This document shows positions 1 through 8,342 of a DNA stretch of 64,000 nt, piece by piece. The DNA is from an uncultured delta proteobacterium. GTDB lineage: Bacteria > Desulfobacterota > Binatia > DP-6. The notes beneath the pieces were generated by a model. The model was not told the origin of the DNA, searched no databases, and saw only the letters and a program-made list of their open reading frames with translations. How positions within the stretch are numbered: position 1 is the first letter of the stretch; each line of letters starts with the position of its first letter. The stretch covers positions 1,504,001 to 1,568,000 of the forward strand of contig CAWFFN010000009.1 of assembly GCA_963815115.1 (NCBI GenBank). Direction: 5' to 3'. Both the position numbers and the translations under genes were made by a program.

Positions 1-241
1 CCTCGGCGCCGGCTGTGGCGGCTCGCTTCCCGAACCCGAGTCACCGGGAGCGCGGGTGCTCGCCGGCCGTTGTGGCGGCTGCCATCGCGTCTATGCGCCC
101 GGGACCATGACCCTCGAGATGTGGAAGATGCAGATCGGACGCATGCAGACGCTCTTCGCCGAGCGCGGCATCCCCTGGCTCTCGCCCGGCGACGAGCGCG
201 TGCTGCTCGACTACCTCGCTGCCCACGCCGGCACCTCGTGA
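1..241 (+). CDS. Small monoheme cytochrome c, probable lipoprotein (5'-truncated by window edge)
   Basis: Frame open from position 2: LGAGC lipobox-like motif, then CGGCH heme motif and a downstream Met; stop at 241. Confidence 0.75.
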   Translation, partial: LGAGCGGSLPEPESPGARVLAGRCGGCHRVYAPGTMTLEMWKMQIGRMQTLFAERGIPWLSPGDERVLLDYLAAHAGTS

Positions 242-291
242 GACCGCCGCCCCTTGCGCCGCTCCGGCGCGGCGCGGGATAAGCGCCGGCG

Positions 292-1980
292 ATGGATCAC
301 CCGTTCGCGCCCCTGCCTGCCATCGAGCCCGACAGCGAGGCGTGGTGGACCGCGTGTCGCGAGGGGCGGCTCGAGATGACGCGATGCCGCGCGTGTCGAT
401 GGTTCGTGCATCCGGCCCGCCCGGTGTGCTCGCGCTGCCGCAGCCGGGACCTGGCGCCCGAGGCCCTCTCCGGGCTCGCGACCGTCGTCACCTACACGGT
501 CAACCACCAGCGCTGGATGCCGGGGCTCGAGGTGCCGTACGTGATCGCGATCGTCGAGCTGGTCGAGCAGCGGAATCTCCGCTTGACGACCAACATCGTC
601 GGCTGCCCGCCCGACGCCGTCCGCATCGGCATGCCGGTGAAGGTGACGTTTCACGAGGCGAGCGACGAGATCGCGCTGCCGCTCTTCGAGCCCGACGCTG
701 CGCCGCGCCCGGACGTCTCGGCGCTGCGCACGACGCCCGACACGCCGCCCAAGGCCACCGACACGGCCGAGGTCCTGGCGCGGCCGGTACGACGTGTGGC
801 GCCGGAGGAGCGGCTCGAGCGCCGGGCGATCCTCTCCGGCGTGGGACAGTCGGCGATCGGGCGCCGGCTCTTCCGCACCGACATGGACCTGACCGCCGAG
901 GCCGCGCTGCGCGCCATCGCCGATGCCGGGCTCACGCCGGACGACATCGACGGCATCGCGTCGTATCCCGGCGCGATGGGTGCGGCGCCGGCAGGGTTTG
1001 CCGGGCCCGGCATCGTCGAGGTGCAGGATGCCCTCGGGCTCTCGGTGGACTGGCATCTCGCGGGTGTGGAGGTGCCAGGGCAGATCGGCCCGGTGATCGC
1101 CGCCACGATGGCGGTGGCCGCGGGTCTCGCGCGTCACGTGCTGGTCTACCGCACCGTGAGCGAGGCGACGGCGGCCGCGAACACGGGAAGGCTCGGGATC
1201 GGCGCCGGCTCGCGCTCGATCGGTGGCTTCGGCGCGTACCTGATCCCGTACGGCGCCATGTCGGCGGCCAACTGGCTCGCCTGCCATGCGCGGCGCCACA
1301 TGCACGAGTACGGCACGACGCGCGAGCACCTGGCGGCCGTCGCGCTCGCCGGACGCCGGCACGCGGCCTTCAACCCGGCGGCGATCTACCGCGAGCCCAT
1401 GACCCTGGACGACTATCTGAGCGCGCGCATGGTGAGCCATCCCTTCGGGCTCTACGACTGCGATGCGCCCTGCGACGGCTCGACGGCCGTCATCGTGTCG
1501 CATGGCGACGTCGCGCGCGACCTGCCGCACGCCGCGGCGCGGGTGAACGCCGTCGGCACCGCCATGCGATCGCGCCCGAGCTGGGATCAGTGGGAGGATC
1601 TCACCACCATGGCGTCGCGGGACGCGGGCGCGCAGCTCTGGTCGCGCACCGACCTGACACCGTCCGACGTCGACACGGCACAGCTCTACGACGGCTTCAG
1701 CTTCCTGGCGCTCGCGTGGCTGGAAGCGCTCGGCTTCTGCGGCAAGGGCGAGAGCGGTCCCTTCGTCGAGGGAGGTCGTATCGAGCTCGGCGGCGCGCTG
1801 CCGACGAACACCTGGGGCGGCCAGCTCTCCGGTGGCCGGCTGCACGGATTCGGCTTCCTCGCCGAGGCCATCCGCCAGCTGCGGCACGAATGCGGCGAGC
1901 GCCAGGTGCCGGACTGCGAGGTGGCGGTGGTCGCGAACGGAGGCGGCCCGGTGGCGGGCTGCATGCTGCTCACGCGCTGA
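292..1980 (+). CDS. DUF35 (Zn-ribbon/OB-fold) fused to non-canonical thiolase (Ltp2/SCP-x-like)
   Basis: N-terminal CRAC..CSRC ribbon and OB fold; C-terminal thiolase fold with LYDGF and NTWGGQLSGGRLHG motifs. Confidence 0.85.
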   Translation: MDHPFAPLPAIEPDSEAWWTACREGRLEMTRCRACRWFVHPARPVCSRCRSRDLAPEALSGLATVVTYTVNHQRWMPGLEVPYVIAIVELVEQRNLRLTTNIVGCPPDAVRIGMPVKVTFHEASDEIALPLFEPDAAPRPDVSALRTTPDTPPKATDTAEVLARPVRRVAPEERLERRAILSGVGQSAIGRRLFRTDMDLTAEAALRAIADAGLTPDDIDGIASYPGAMGAAPAGFAGPGIVEVQDALGLSVDWHLAGVEVPGQIGPVIAATMAVAAGLARHVLVYRTVSEATAAANTGRLGIGAGSRSIGGFGAYLIPYGAMSAANWLACHARRHMHEYGTTREHLAAVALAGRRHAAFNPAAIYREPMTLDDYLSARMVSHPFGLYDCDAPCDGSTAVIVSHGDVARDLPHAAARVNAVGTAMRSRPSWDQWEDLTTMASRDAGAQLWSRTDLTPSDVDTAQLYDGFSFLALAWLEALGFCGKGESGPFVEGGRIELGGALPTNTWGGQLSGGRLHGFGFLAEAIRQLRHECGERQVPDCEVAVVANGGGPVAGCMLLTR

Positions 1981-2018
1981 CCTTGCGGCGCACGGACCGT
2001 TCGACCACCATGCCCGCC

Positions 2019-3392
2019 ATGCGCGCGCGCCGGAAGGCAGACCGTCTCGACAGCCTCGACCGGGCGCATCTGATCCACGGCTTCGGCTCGCCCGCGGTCG
2101 CGGAGGCCGAGGGCACGCTGCGGCTGGTGCGCGGCCGCGGCGTGTACGTGTGGGACAGCGAGGGCCGGCGCTACCTGGACGGGCTGTCGTCGCTCTGGAA
2201 CGTGGCGGTCGGCCACGGCCGGGGCGAGATCGCGCGCGCCGTCGCCGCGCAGATCCGCGCGCTCGAGTACGCGCCCACGCTCCTCGGCTTCTCGACCGAG
2301 CCGGCCATCCGCCTCGCCGCTCGCATCGCGCGCCTCGCTCCGAAGGGCCTGCGCCACGTGATGTTCACCTCGGGCGGCTCCGAGTCCAACGAGAGCGTGA
2401 TCCGCCTGGTGCGGCTCTACTGGCGGCTGCGCGGCCGGCCCGACAAGATCGGCATCGTGGCGCTGCGGGGCGCCTACCACGGCACCTCGAGCGGGGCCGC
2501 GAGCCTGACCGGGCTCGCGACGTTCCACGGACCCTACGGGCCGCAGCTCCCGGAGGTGTCGCGCATGCCGCGTCCCTACTGCTACCGCTGCGAGCTGGGG
2601 AAGACGCACCCGTCATGCGGGCTCGCCTGCGCCGACGAGCTGGAGGCGGTGGTGGCGCGCGAGGGCGCGGACCGCGTCGGTGCCGTCATCGCCGAGCCGG
2701 TGCAGGGGGTGGGCGGCGTGGTCGTCCCGCCGCCCGGGTGGTTCGAGCGCGTGCGTGCCATCTGCGATCGCCACGACCTGCTGCTGGCCGTCGACGAGGT
2801 GATCACGGGCTTCGGCCGGCTCGGCACCGCGTTCGGCATCCAGCGCTCCGGCGTCACGCCGGATCTGATGACGTTCGCCAAGGCCGTGACCAGCGGCTAC
2901 CAGCCGCTCGGCGGCGTCATCCTGCACGAGCGCGTGTATCGCGCGCTGGTCGAGGCGGGCCCCGAGTTCACCCTCCACCACGGCTACACCTACTCGGGCC
3001 ATCCGGTCGCCTGTGCCGCGGGTCTGGCCAACCTCGACATCATCGAGCGCGAGGACCTGATCCGGGGCACGCGCCGCAAGGCACCGTACTTCAAGCGGCG
3101 GATGGAGAGCCTGGCCGCGCTGCCGATCGTCGGCGAGGTGCGCGCCGCCGGGCTCATGGCTGCGGTCGAGCTGGTGCGGGACAAGGAGGCGCGCGAGCCC
3201 TTCCCCCCGGAGGTCAAGGCGGCGTGGCGGGTCCGCCAGGCTGCGCTGCGCCGCGGCGTCATCCTGCGCCCCGGCGCCGATCTGATCGTGGTCTGCCCGC
3301 CGCTGATCGTGACGCGCGAGCAGATCGACGTCATCGTCCGCGTGCTGGGCGAGGCGATCGCGGAGGTGGCCGCCGAGCTGGCCGGGCAATGA
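2019..3392 (+). CDS. Class III PLP-dependent aminotransferase (omega-amino acid/polyamine type)
   Basis: YLDGLSSLWNV, FTSGGSESNE, EPVQG, DEVITGFGRLG, PDLMTFAK, HGYTYSGHP; start at 2010 or 2019. Confidence 0.9.
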   Translation: MRARRKADRLDSLDRAHLIHGFGSPAVAEAEGTLRLVRGRGVYVWDSEGRRYLDGLSSLWNVAVGHGRGEIARAVAAQIRALEYAPTLLGFSTEPAIRLAARIARLAPKGLRHVMFTSGGSESNESVIRLVRLYWRLRGRPDKIGIVALRGAYHGTSSGAASLTGLATFHGPYGPQLPEVSRMPRPYCYRCELGKTHPSCGLACADELEAVVAREGADRVGAVIAEPVQGVGGVVVPPPGWFERVRAICDRHDLLLAVDEVITGFGRLGTAFGIQRSGVTPDLMTFAKAVTSGYQPLGGVILHERVYRALVEAGPEFTLHHGYTYSGHPVACAAGLANLDIIEREDLIRGTRRKAPYFKRRMESLAALPIVGEVRAAGLMAAVELVRDKEAREPFPPEVKAAWRVRQAALRRGVILRPGADLIVVCPPLIVTREQIDVIVRVLGEAIAEVAAELAGQ

Positions 3393-4399
3393 CCAGGAAG
3401 AAGGAGCACACGGACCACGCCGGCCACCGCCTGATCGTCGAGCCGGACGACGGCGTCGAGCCGGTGCTCGGTCTCATCGCCTCGGCGCGGCGCTCGCTCC
3501 GGACGGTCCAGTTCACGCTCGACGACCCGCGCTTCGTGGCGGCGGTGGTCGACGCCCACCGGCGCAAGGTGGCGGTGCACGTGCTCCTCAATCCACAGAA
3601 ATCGTCCGGCGAGCGCGCCAACGACGGCACCTACCGCCACCTCGAGCATGCCGGCGTGGCGGTCGAGTGGACGCACCCGCGCTTCCCGGTGACGCACCAG
3701 AAGGCGATCGTGATCGACGACGAGCGCGCGCTGATCGCCACGTTCAACCTGAGCGCCAAGTACTTCGGCGAGACCCGCGACCACGGCCTGGTGACCGACG
3801 AGCCGGCGCAGGTGCAGGCGATCGTCCAGGCCTTCGAGGCGGACTGGCGGCGAAAGCCGTTCCACCCCGACGACGACAGCGGGCTCGTATGGAGCCCGGA
3901 CAACTCGCGGCGCCTGATCGCGACCTTCATCGACGAGGCTCGCCACACGCTCGACGTGCAGCACCCCAAGTTCGTGGATGCCACCGTCATCGACCGCCTG
4001 TCGGCGGCCCAGCGCCGCGGCGTGCGCGTCCGCGTTCTCTGTGGCGGGAAGCACGGCCTGAGCCCGTGGGACATGCACGACACCTTCGCCTCGCTGCGCA
4101 TTCTCGGACGCGGCGACGTGAAGGTGCGCCGCCAGAAGCATCTGAAGGTCCACGCGAAGCTCCTCGTCGTCGACGGTGAGCGCGCGCTGATGGGATCCAT
4201 GAACCTGGATCGCAGCGCCTTCGACCTGCGGCGGGAGCTGGGCGCGGTGGTGCAGGCGCCCGCGATCGTCGAGCGGCTGCAAGAGCTCTTCGACCACGAC
4301 TGGCACAAGGCGGAGCACTGGGAGGCGCCCGACCCGCTCGCCTTCGACACGCACGAGATCGGGGAGCTGCCGCACGATCCGCACTTCGCCCATGAATGA
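3389..4399 (+). CDS. Phospholipase D family protein (two HKD motifs, cardiolipin synthase-like)
   Basis: HQKAIVID and HAKLLVVD..GSMN motifs; ATGA overlap with upstream stop. Confidence 0.85.
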   Translation: MTRKKEHTDHAGHRLIVEPDDGVEPVLGLIASARRSLRTVQFTLDDPRFVAAVVDAHRRKVAVHVLLNPQKSSGERANDGTYRHLEHAGVAVEWTHPRFPVTHQKAIVIDDERALIATFNLSAKYFGETRDHGLVTDEPAQVQAIVQAFEADWRRKPFHPDDDSGLVWSPDNSRRLIATFIDEARHTLDVQHPKFVDATVIDRLSAAQRRGVRVRVLCGGKHGLSPWDMHDTFASLRILGRGDVKVRRQKHLKVHAKLLVVDGERALMGSMNLDRSAFDLRRELGAVVQAPAIVERLQELFDHDWHKAEHWEAPDPLAFDTHEIGELPHDPHFAHE

Positions 4400-4958
4400 C
4401 CAGGCGCCGCACCCGACCCCGGGTGCGCTCGCGCTCGCGTTCCTCACCGTCGCCCTGGCCAGCTTCGGCGGCGGCCTCTCCGCGTGGGCCCAGCGCGTCC
4501 TCGTCGAGCGAAGGCGGTGGCTCGATGACGACGAGTTCCTGAGCGCGCTCACCCTGTGCCGGCTCATGCCCGGCCCCAACCAGGTGAACATGGCGGTGTA
4601 CGTGGGCGCGCGACTCGCGGGTTTGCCCGGCGTGCTCGGCGCGGTCGGCGGTCTCGTCGTCGTCCCCACCGCGATCCTGCTGGGACTCGGGGCCGCCTAC
4701 TTCCGCTACCGGCACCTTCCGGCGCTGGACGCCGCGCTGCGCGGGGCGGTGGGGGCGGCGGCCGCCATGACGCTGGCCATGGGACTGAAGGTGGGTGCTC
4801 CGCTGCTACGGGACCACGGCGGGCTCGTGCTGGCAGTGGCGGCGTTCGTCGCGGTGCACGTGCTCGGCCTGCCGCTCGTCGCGGTCGTGGCGGTGCTGGG
4901 ACCCCTCGGGGTGATCTGGGCGTGGCCCCGGGGGAGCGCCGACGGAGAGACGGCGTGA
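4392..4958 (+). CDS. Short-chain chromate transporter (ChrA family), subunit 1
   Basis: SFGGG and LMPGPN motifs, hydrophobic. Confidence 0.88.
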   Translation: MNDQAPHPTPGALALAFLTVALASFGGGLSAWAQRVLVERRRWLDDDEFLSALTLCRLMPGPNQVNMAVYVGARLAGLPGVLGAVGGLVVVPTAILLGLGAAYFRYRHLPALDAALRGAVGAAAAMTLAMGLKVGAPLLRDHGGLVLAVAAFVAVHVLGLPLVAVVAVLGPLGVIWAWPRGSADGETA

Positions 4959-5482
4959 GCGACGGGCCGCTCGCCCGCCTCGCGGTGCTCTTCGGATCGC
5001 TCTCGCTGGTCTCCTTCGGTGGCGGCAACACCGTCATCCCCGCGATGCATCGGGAGGCCGTCAGCAGCCAGCACTGGCTGACCGACCGGCAGTTCGCCGA
5101 CCTGTTCGCGCTGGCCCAGGCGGCGCCCGGCCCGAGCTCGCTCATCGTCAGCCTGATCGGCTTCGCGGCCGCGGGAATCACGGGGGCCGTCGTGGCGACC
5201 GTCGCCATGCTGGGCCCGAGCTGCGCGCTGATGTACGCGGCGTACCGCGCGTGGGCCCGGCTGCGCGGCACGAAGTGGCAGGTCGCCATCCAGCGCGGGC
5301 TCGCGCCGGTCACGGTCGGCCTCGTCTTCGCCAGCGCGCTCACCATCACGCGCGCCGCGGACCACGGGCCGGCAGGCTATCTGCTCACGGCCGTGGCGAC
5401 GCTCCTCCTGGTGCGCACGAGCGTGAACCCGCTGATCGTCATGGCGGCGGCCGCCGCCCTGGGCGTGCTCGGCGTCGTGTGA
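4955..5482 (+). CDS. Short-chain chromate transporter (ChrA family), subunit 2
   Basis: SFGGGN and AQAAPGP motifs; GTGA overlap with subunit 1. Confidence 0.88.
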   Translation: MSDGPLARLAVLFGSLSLVSFGGGNTVIPAMHREAVSSQHWLTDRQFADLFALAQAAPGPSSLIVSLIGFAAAGITGAVVATVAMLGPSCALMYAAYRAWARLRGTKWQVAIQRGLAPVTVGLVFASALTITRAADHGPAGYLLTAVATLLLVRTSVNPLIVMAAAAALGVLGVV

Positions 5483-5597
5483 CGCGGGCTGCTGGCCGAC
5501 CTCCATCGCGCGCCCTGGGTCCGGCGCCACCGCACTGCACCACGGCACAATGCTGCAGCCGGAACGCACGCCTCGCACGCGGGCCGGGCGGGGGTGC

Positions 5598-5612
5598 TGG
5601 CGTGCAAAGTGC
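5598..5612 (+). promoter_or_regulatory. Putative sigma54 -24/-12 promoter (upstream copy)
   Basis: TGGCGTGCAAAGTGC with exact GG-N10-GC spacing in an intergenic region. Confidence 0.4.
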
Positions 5613-5689
5613 GGGCTGAGACCGTTGCAGGATGCGTGGCGCGGGGCCGCTGAGAACAGAAAGACCATGGATCGGCGCCTTCTGAGCAC

Positions 5690-5705
5690 TGGCACGGAGC
5701 CTGCT
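5690..5705 (+). promoter_or_regulatory. Putative sigma54 -24/-12 promoter
   Basis: TGGCACGGAGCCTGCT versus consensus TGGCAC-N5-TTGCW. Confidence 0.55.
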
Positions 5706-6034
5706 CGACGTGGACGTGCTGCCGATCGTCGGCATGTTCCGGGGCTCGGTCGCGTCCACCCGCGCGTGTCTGGGGACGGTTAGGGTGGTGAGGCATGGGG
5801 TCTCGGGCAGGGACGGTGGGTGGCTTCGACGTCCGCGGGCGTTCGGCTCTGCCGCTTGAATGCGCGAAGCCGGCGCCCGCGGGCGCGAGGACGCCGGTCG
5901 AGGAGGTCGTCGAACGGCCGGTGAAGGTCGCCCACCTGCGTCAGCGCGCAGCCACCAGGTCTGAGGACCGTCATGGTTGCGAGCGGTGGCCGCGACGAGG
6001 GTGGTCTAGTCACGCCCCACGGCGCGCCGGAACG

Positions 6035-6241
6035 TCAGCGGGCCGCGGTGATCAGCCGCGTGCCGCAGTAGACGCAGAAGGTGCGGCCCTGGCGCCGTGC
6101 CACGGCGTGCTTGGCGTCGTCGCAGGAGGTGGCCGGCAACCCGGCGTTCACCACCCCGCCGCACTCCGGACAGTGGCTCACCGGCGCATCCCGCCGCCGG
6201 TGGTTCATGTTCTCGCAGCCGGGGCTCGAGCGCTGTATCAC
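6035..6241 (-). CDS. Small Cys/His-rich zinc-finger-like protein (68 aa)
   Basis: GGAGG RBS and GTG overlapping the upstream TGA; CENMNH, CPEC, C..H and CVYC ligands. Confidence 0.75.
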   Translation of the reverse strand: MIQRSSPGCENMNHRRRDAPVSHCPECGGVVNAGLPATSCDDAKHAVARRQGRTFCVYCGTRLITAAR

Positions 6242-6543
6242 GCTGCCTCCACTTCTCCCCGCGCGATCCGTCTGCGCAGGGAGTCCGCGTCCACCCCGAT
6301 CGTCTCGCACAGGTTCTCGAAGCTATAGGGCCAGCTGCGGTCGTTGCTCGCCACGTAGGCGAGGGCCAGCTCGTAGGCGCGCTGGTTCCGCGCCCGTGCG
6401 CGGCCATCGACACTCTCGGCCGCACCGGCGCGGCAGTCGTACATGACCGTCTGGAGCACGGCGAGCGCCAGGCGCTTCTCGGGTTCGGCGAGGCGGGCCC
6501 CGGCGTGCCGGAGGTACTGCTCTGGCAGCATGACGTGAATCAT
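6238..6543 (-). CDS. Hypothetical helical protein, PEKRLxLAVL...WPYSFENLCE family
   Basis: Protein-like composition, coupled to neighbours, C-terminal HTH-like segment. Confidence 0.75.
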   Translation of the reverse strand: MIHVMLPEQYLRHAGARLAEPEKRLALAVLQTVMYDCRAGAAESVDGRARARNQRAYELALAYVASNDRSWPYSFENLCETIGVDADSLRRRIARGEVEAA

Positions 6544-6547
6544 GGGC

Positions 6548-6910
6548 TCAGCGCCGGCCGCGGCCGCCGCTCCTCCTGAAGCTACCGTGGTTCCTCACGC
6601 CCGGATCGGCCAGCGGAGCGATGTCCGCCCGTGGTCGTGACGGTGGAGGGCGAAAGAGCATCCGGTCGCGCGCGCTCTTGATGCGCAACCGCAGCGCGTC
6701 GCGCGCCGTCAGATCAGCCGCGGCCTCCTGGAGCAGGGCATAGGGGATGTCCAGGCGGCTGCTCTTGCCACGCTCCTGGAGCGTGACGCCGATGTTGAGG
6801 CTCTCGGGGCGGCCCCGCTTCTCGAACTCGGCCTCGAGGCGGGTCGAGATGCGTCCCGAGAGTTCGGCGAGTAGGCGGCGCTGCTCTACCGTGGCGGTGT
6901 CGAGGTGCAC
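6548..6910 (-). CDS. Hypothetical protein with Arg/Gly-rich tail
   Basis: Starts 9 nt after the rbp stop; ends SFRRSGGRGRR. Confidence 0.7.
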   Translation of the reverse strand: MHLDTATVEQRRLLAELSGRISTRLEAEFEKRGRPESLNIGVTLQERGKSSRLDIPYALLQEAAADLTARDALRLRIKSARDRMLFRPPPSRPRADIAPLADPGVRNHGSFRRSGGRGRR

Positions 6911-6919
6911 GCGCCGCCG

Positions 6920-7219
6920 TCAGTAGGGGCGGCGTCCGGAGAAATTGCGCCCGCCCCCACCCCCACGGTCGGAGCGCTCTTTGGCCTCGCTCACGTTGAG
7001 CTGCCGCCCCTGGACGTCCCGGCCGTTCAGGGCCGCGATCGCCTTCTGGGCCTCGTCGTTCGATGCCATCTCGACGAAGCCGAAGCCGCGCGAGCGCCCG
7101 CTGTCGCGGTCGGTGATGACCGAAGCAGACTCGCAGGTCCCGACCTCGGTGAACAGGGCCTCCAGATCCGCGCTCGTCGTCTGAAAGGACAGGTTGCCTA
7201 CAAACAGCTTCTTACCCAT
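6920..7219 (-). CDS. RRM-domain RNA-binding protein (Rbp type, Gly-rich tail)
   Basis: RNP2 LFVGNL and RNP1 RGFGFVEM; AAGGAG RBS. Confidence 0.95.
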   Translation of the reverse strand: MGKKLFVGNLSFQTTSADLEALFTEVGTCESASVITDRDSGRSRGFGFVEMASNDEAQKAIAALNGRDVQGRQLNVSEAKERSDRGGGGGRNFSGRRPY

Positions 7220-7335
7220 GGTCTCGCTCCTTGTCCCCCTCCTGAGGGGGCGTATCGATCTCGCCACAATTGTAAGAGCGAGAGGCCGACGCCGAGGACG
7301 ACGCAGCGGAGTCGCGCACCGACAAAGGGACTGTG
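7220..7335 (-). promoter_or_regulatory. Structured 5' leader of the rbp gene
   Basis: Anti-SD TCTCGCTCTT (7283-7274) can pair with AGGAGCGAGA (7231-7222); hairpin CCCCCT-CAGG-AGGGGG. Confidence 0.45.
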
Positions 7336-7413
7336 ACCTTCATATGTCGAATCGCCTCCGGGCGCCAGTGCGGCTCCGGGCGGCTTCTGCGGAGCGAGGG
7401 CCAGGTCGCATCG

Positions 7414-7605
7414 CTATCCCTCGGGGACGCGGGGCCGAACCAATGCGGCCTTGTGGGCCTCCGCCTCGCGCTGTCCTTCGCGCAGCTCGGCCCAGAAACG
7501 GGCGCGCGCCACGGCCCGCGGGCCGCCGTCCGCATCCCGTTGGTGCTTCACGGAGACGCCGAGGGGCCGTCCCCGCAGCCAGCTCCAAAGGCGAGCCCAG
7601 CTCAT
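7414..7605 (-). CDS. Small hypothetical protein (63 aa)
   Basis: ATG 1 nt after upstream stop; helical RARFWAELREGQREAEA. Confidence 0.65.
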   Translation of the reverse strand: MSWARLWSWLRGRPLGVSVKHQRDADGGPRAVARARFWAELREGQREAEAHKAALVRPRVPEG

Positions 7606-7606
7606 T

Positions 7607-7846
7607 CTAGTTCATCCACACAAAGTCGGGCGGCCGCCACCCGGCGTCGTGGCAAGCGGTACAGGTCGGGAACACCGTCTTTTGCCCGCCACGGCAGCCG
7701 ACGAGTCCCCAGGTCTCGCGTCGGAGGTTCTCGTCCAGCGGATGCGCATGCCCGACTTCCGTCGGGATGGACTTCCCGCAATGCGCGCAGATGGTTCGCA
7801 ACGTCGGGTTGCCCTCTGCGCGCGAGGCACTGCCCTTAGTTGGCAA
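7607..7846 (-). CDS. Small Zn-binding hypothetical protein
   Basis: CAHC ... CTACH pairs; start uncertain (TTG 7846 overlaps upstream gene end). Confidence 0.6.
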   Translation of the reverse strand: MPTKGSASRAEGNPTLRTICAHCGKSIPTEVGHAHPLDENLRRETWGLVGCRGGQKTVFPTCTACHDAGWRPPDFVWMN

Positions 7847-8147
7847 GGTGCGGGTACCGATCTCGTCGCACAAGGTGCAGGCGCCCCGCTGCTTGCAGCC
7901 GCGGGATTGACGGCGCCAGCGGTGCCATCGCCAACCCGTCTGGAGCGATCAGCTGGCGGTCGCGAGCGACCCAGCGCCGGATGAGCAGCTTGCCGCGATC
8001 ACCGGTGCACCAGAGCCGGCCGCTGATGTGCACGCGCGGAAGCCAGACGCTCCTGTCCCCGATCCGACAGAGCAGGGCTGAAGCGGTCGCCCTGATGACC
8101 CTGACGGCCTGGAACAGCACGAGGGCATCGGCGTCGTCCACGGCCAT
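7836..8147 (-). CDS. Small beta-barrel-like hypothetical protein
   Basis: GGAAGGAAG purine-rich RBS; VIRATASALLCRIGDRSVWLPRVHI..GDRGKLLIRRWVA beta pattern. Confidence 0.7.
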   Translation of the reverse strand: MAVDDADALVLFQAVRVIRATASALLCRIGDRSVWLPRVHISGRLWCTGDRGKLLIRRWVARDRQLIAPDGLAMAPLAPSIPRLQAAGRLHLVRRDRYPHLAN

Positions 8148-8246
8148 GGCACGTTCTTCCTTCCGGAGTCCGCGCCGAGCACACGTGGGTAGGAGTGAAG
8201 CCCCTGCGCAGGTCGCGTTGCGGGGCTCTGAACGGGCTCGGACCAC

Positions 8247-8275
8247 ACAATATGAGAGTCCTGCTGGCGGCGCAA
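8247..8275 (-). promoter_or_regulatory. sigma70-type promoter for the leftward small-gene operon
   Basis: TTGCGC-N17-TATTGT on the minus strand. Confidence 0.5.
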
Positions 8276-8313
8276 GCGGAGGTCAGCTCTCACGTTCTTG
8301 GCGCGCTCGTGAA

Positions 8314-8342
8314 TTGACGGGCCGACGGGTTGAGACTAGGCT
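8314..8342 (+). promoter_or_regulatory. sigma70-type promoter for the rightward small genes
   Basis: TTGACG-N17-TAGGCT. Confidence 0.55.

Noticed and set aside
3389-4399. PLD as an anti-phage nuclease (DrmC-like)
   Set aside because: Two-HKD lipid-enzyme architecture with no helicase, methylase or other defence neighbours.
7607-7846. c-type cytochrome from the CTACH motif
   Set aside because: No signal peptide, and a second CxxC is present; a Zn site is more likely.
8150-8175. SRP RNA (CCGGAAGGAAG on the minus strand)
   Set aside because: Lacks the flanking CAGG and GCAGC of the SRP helix; it coincides with the RBS of the 8147 gene.
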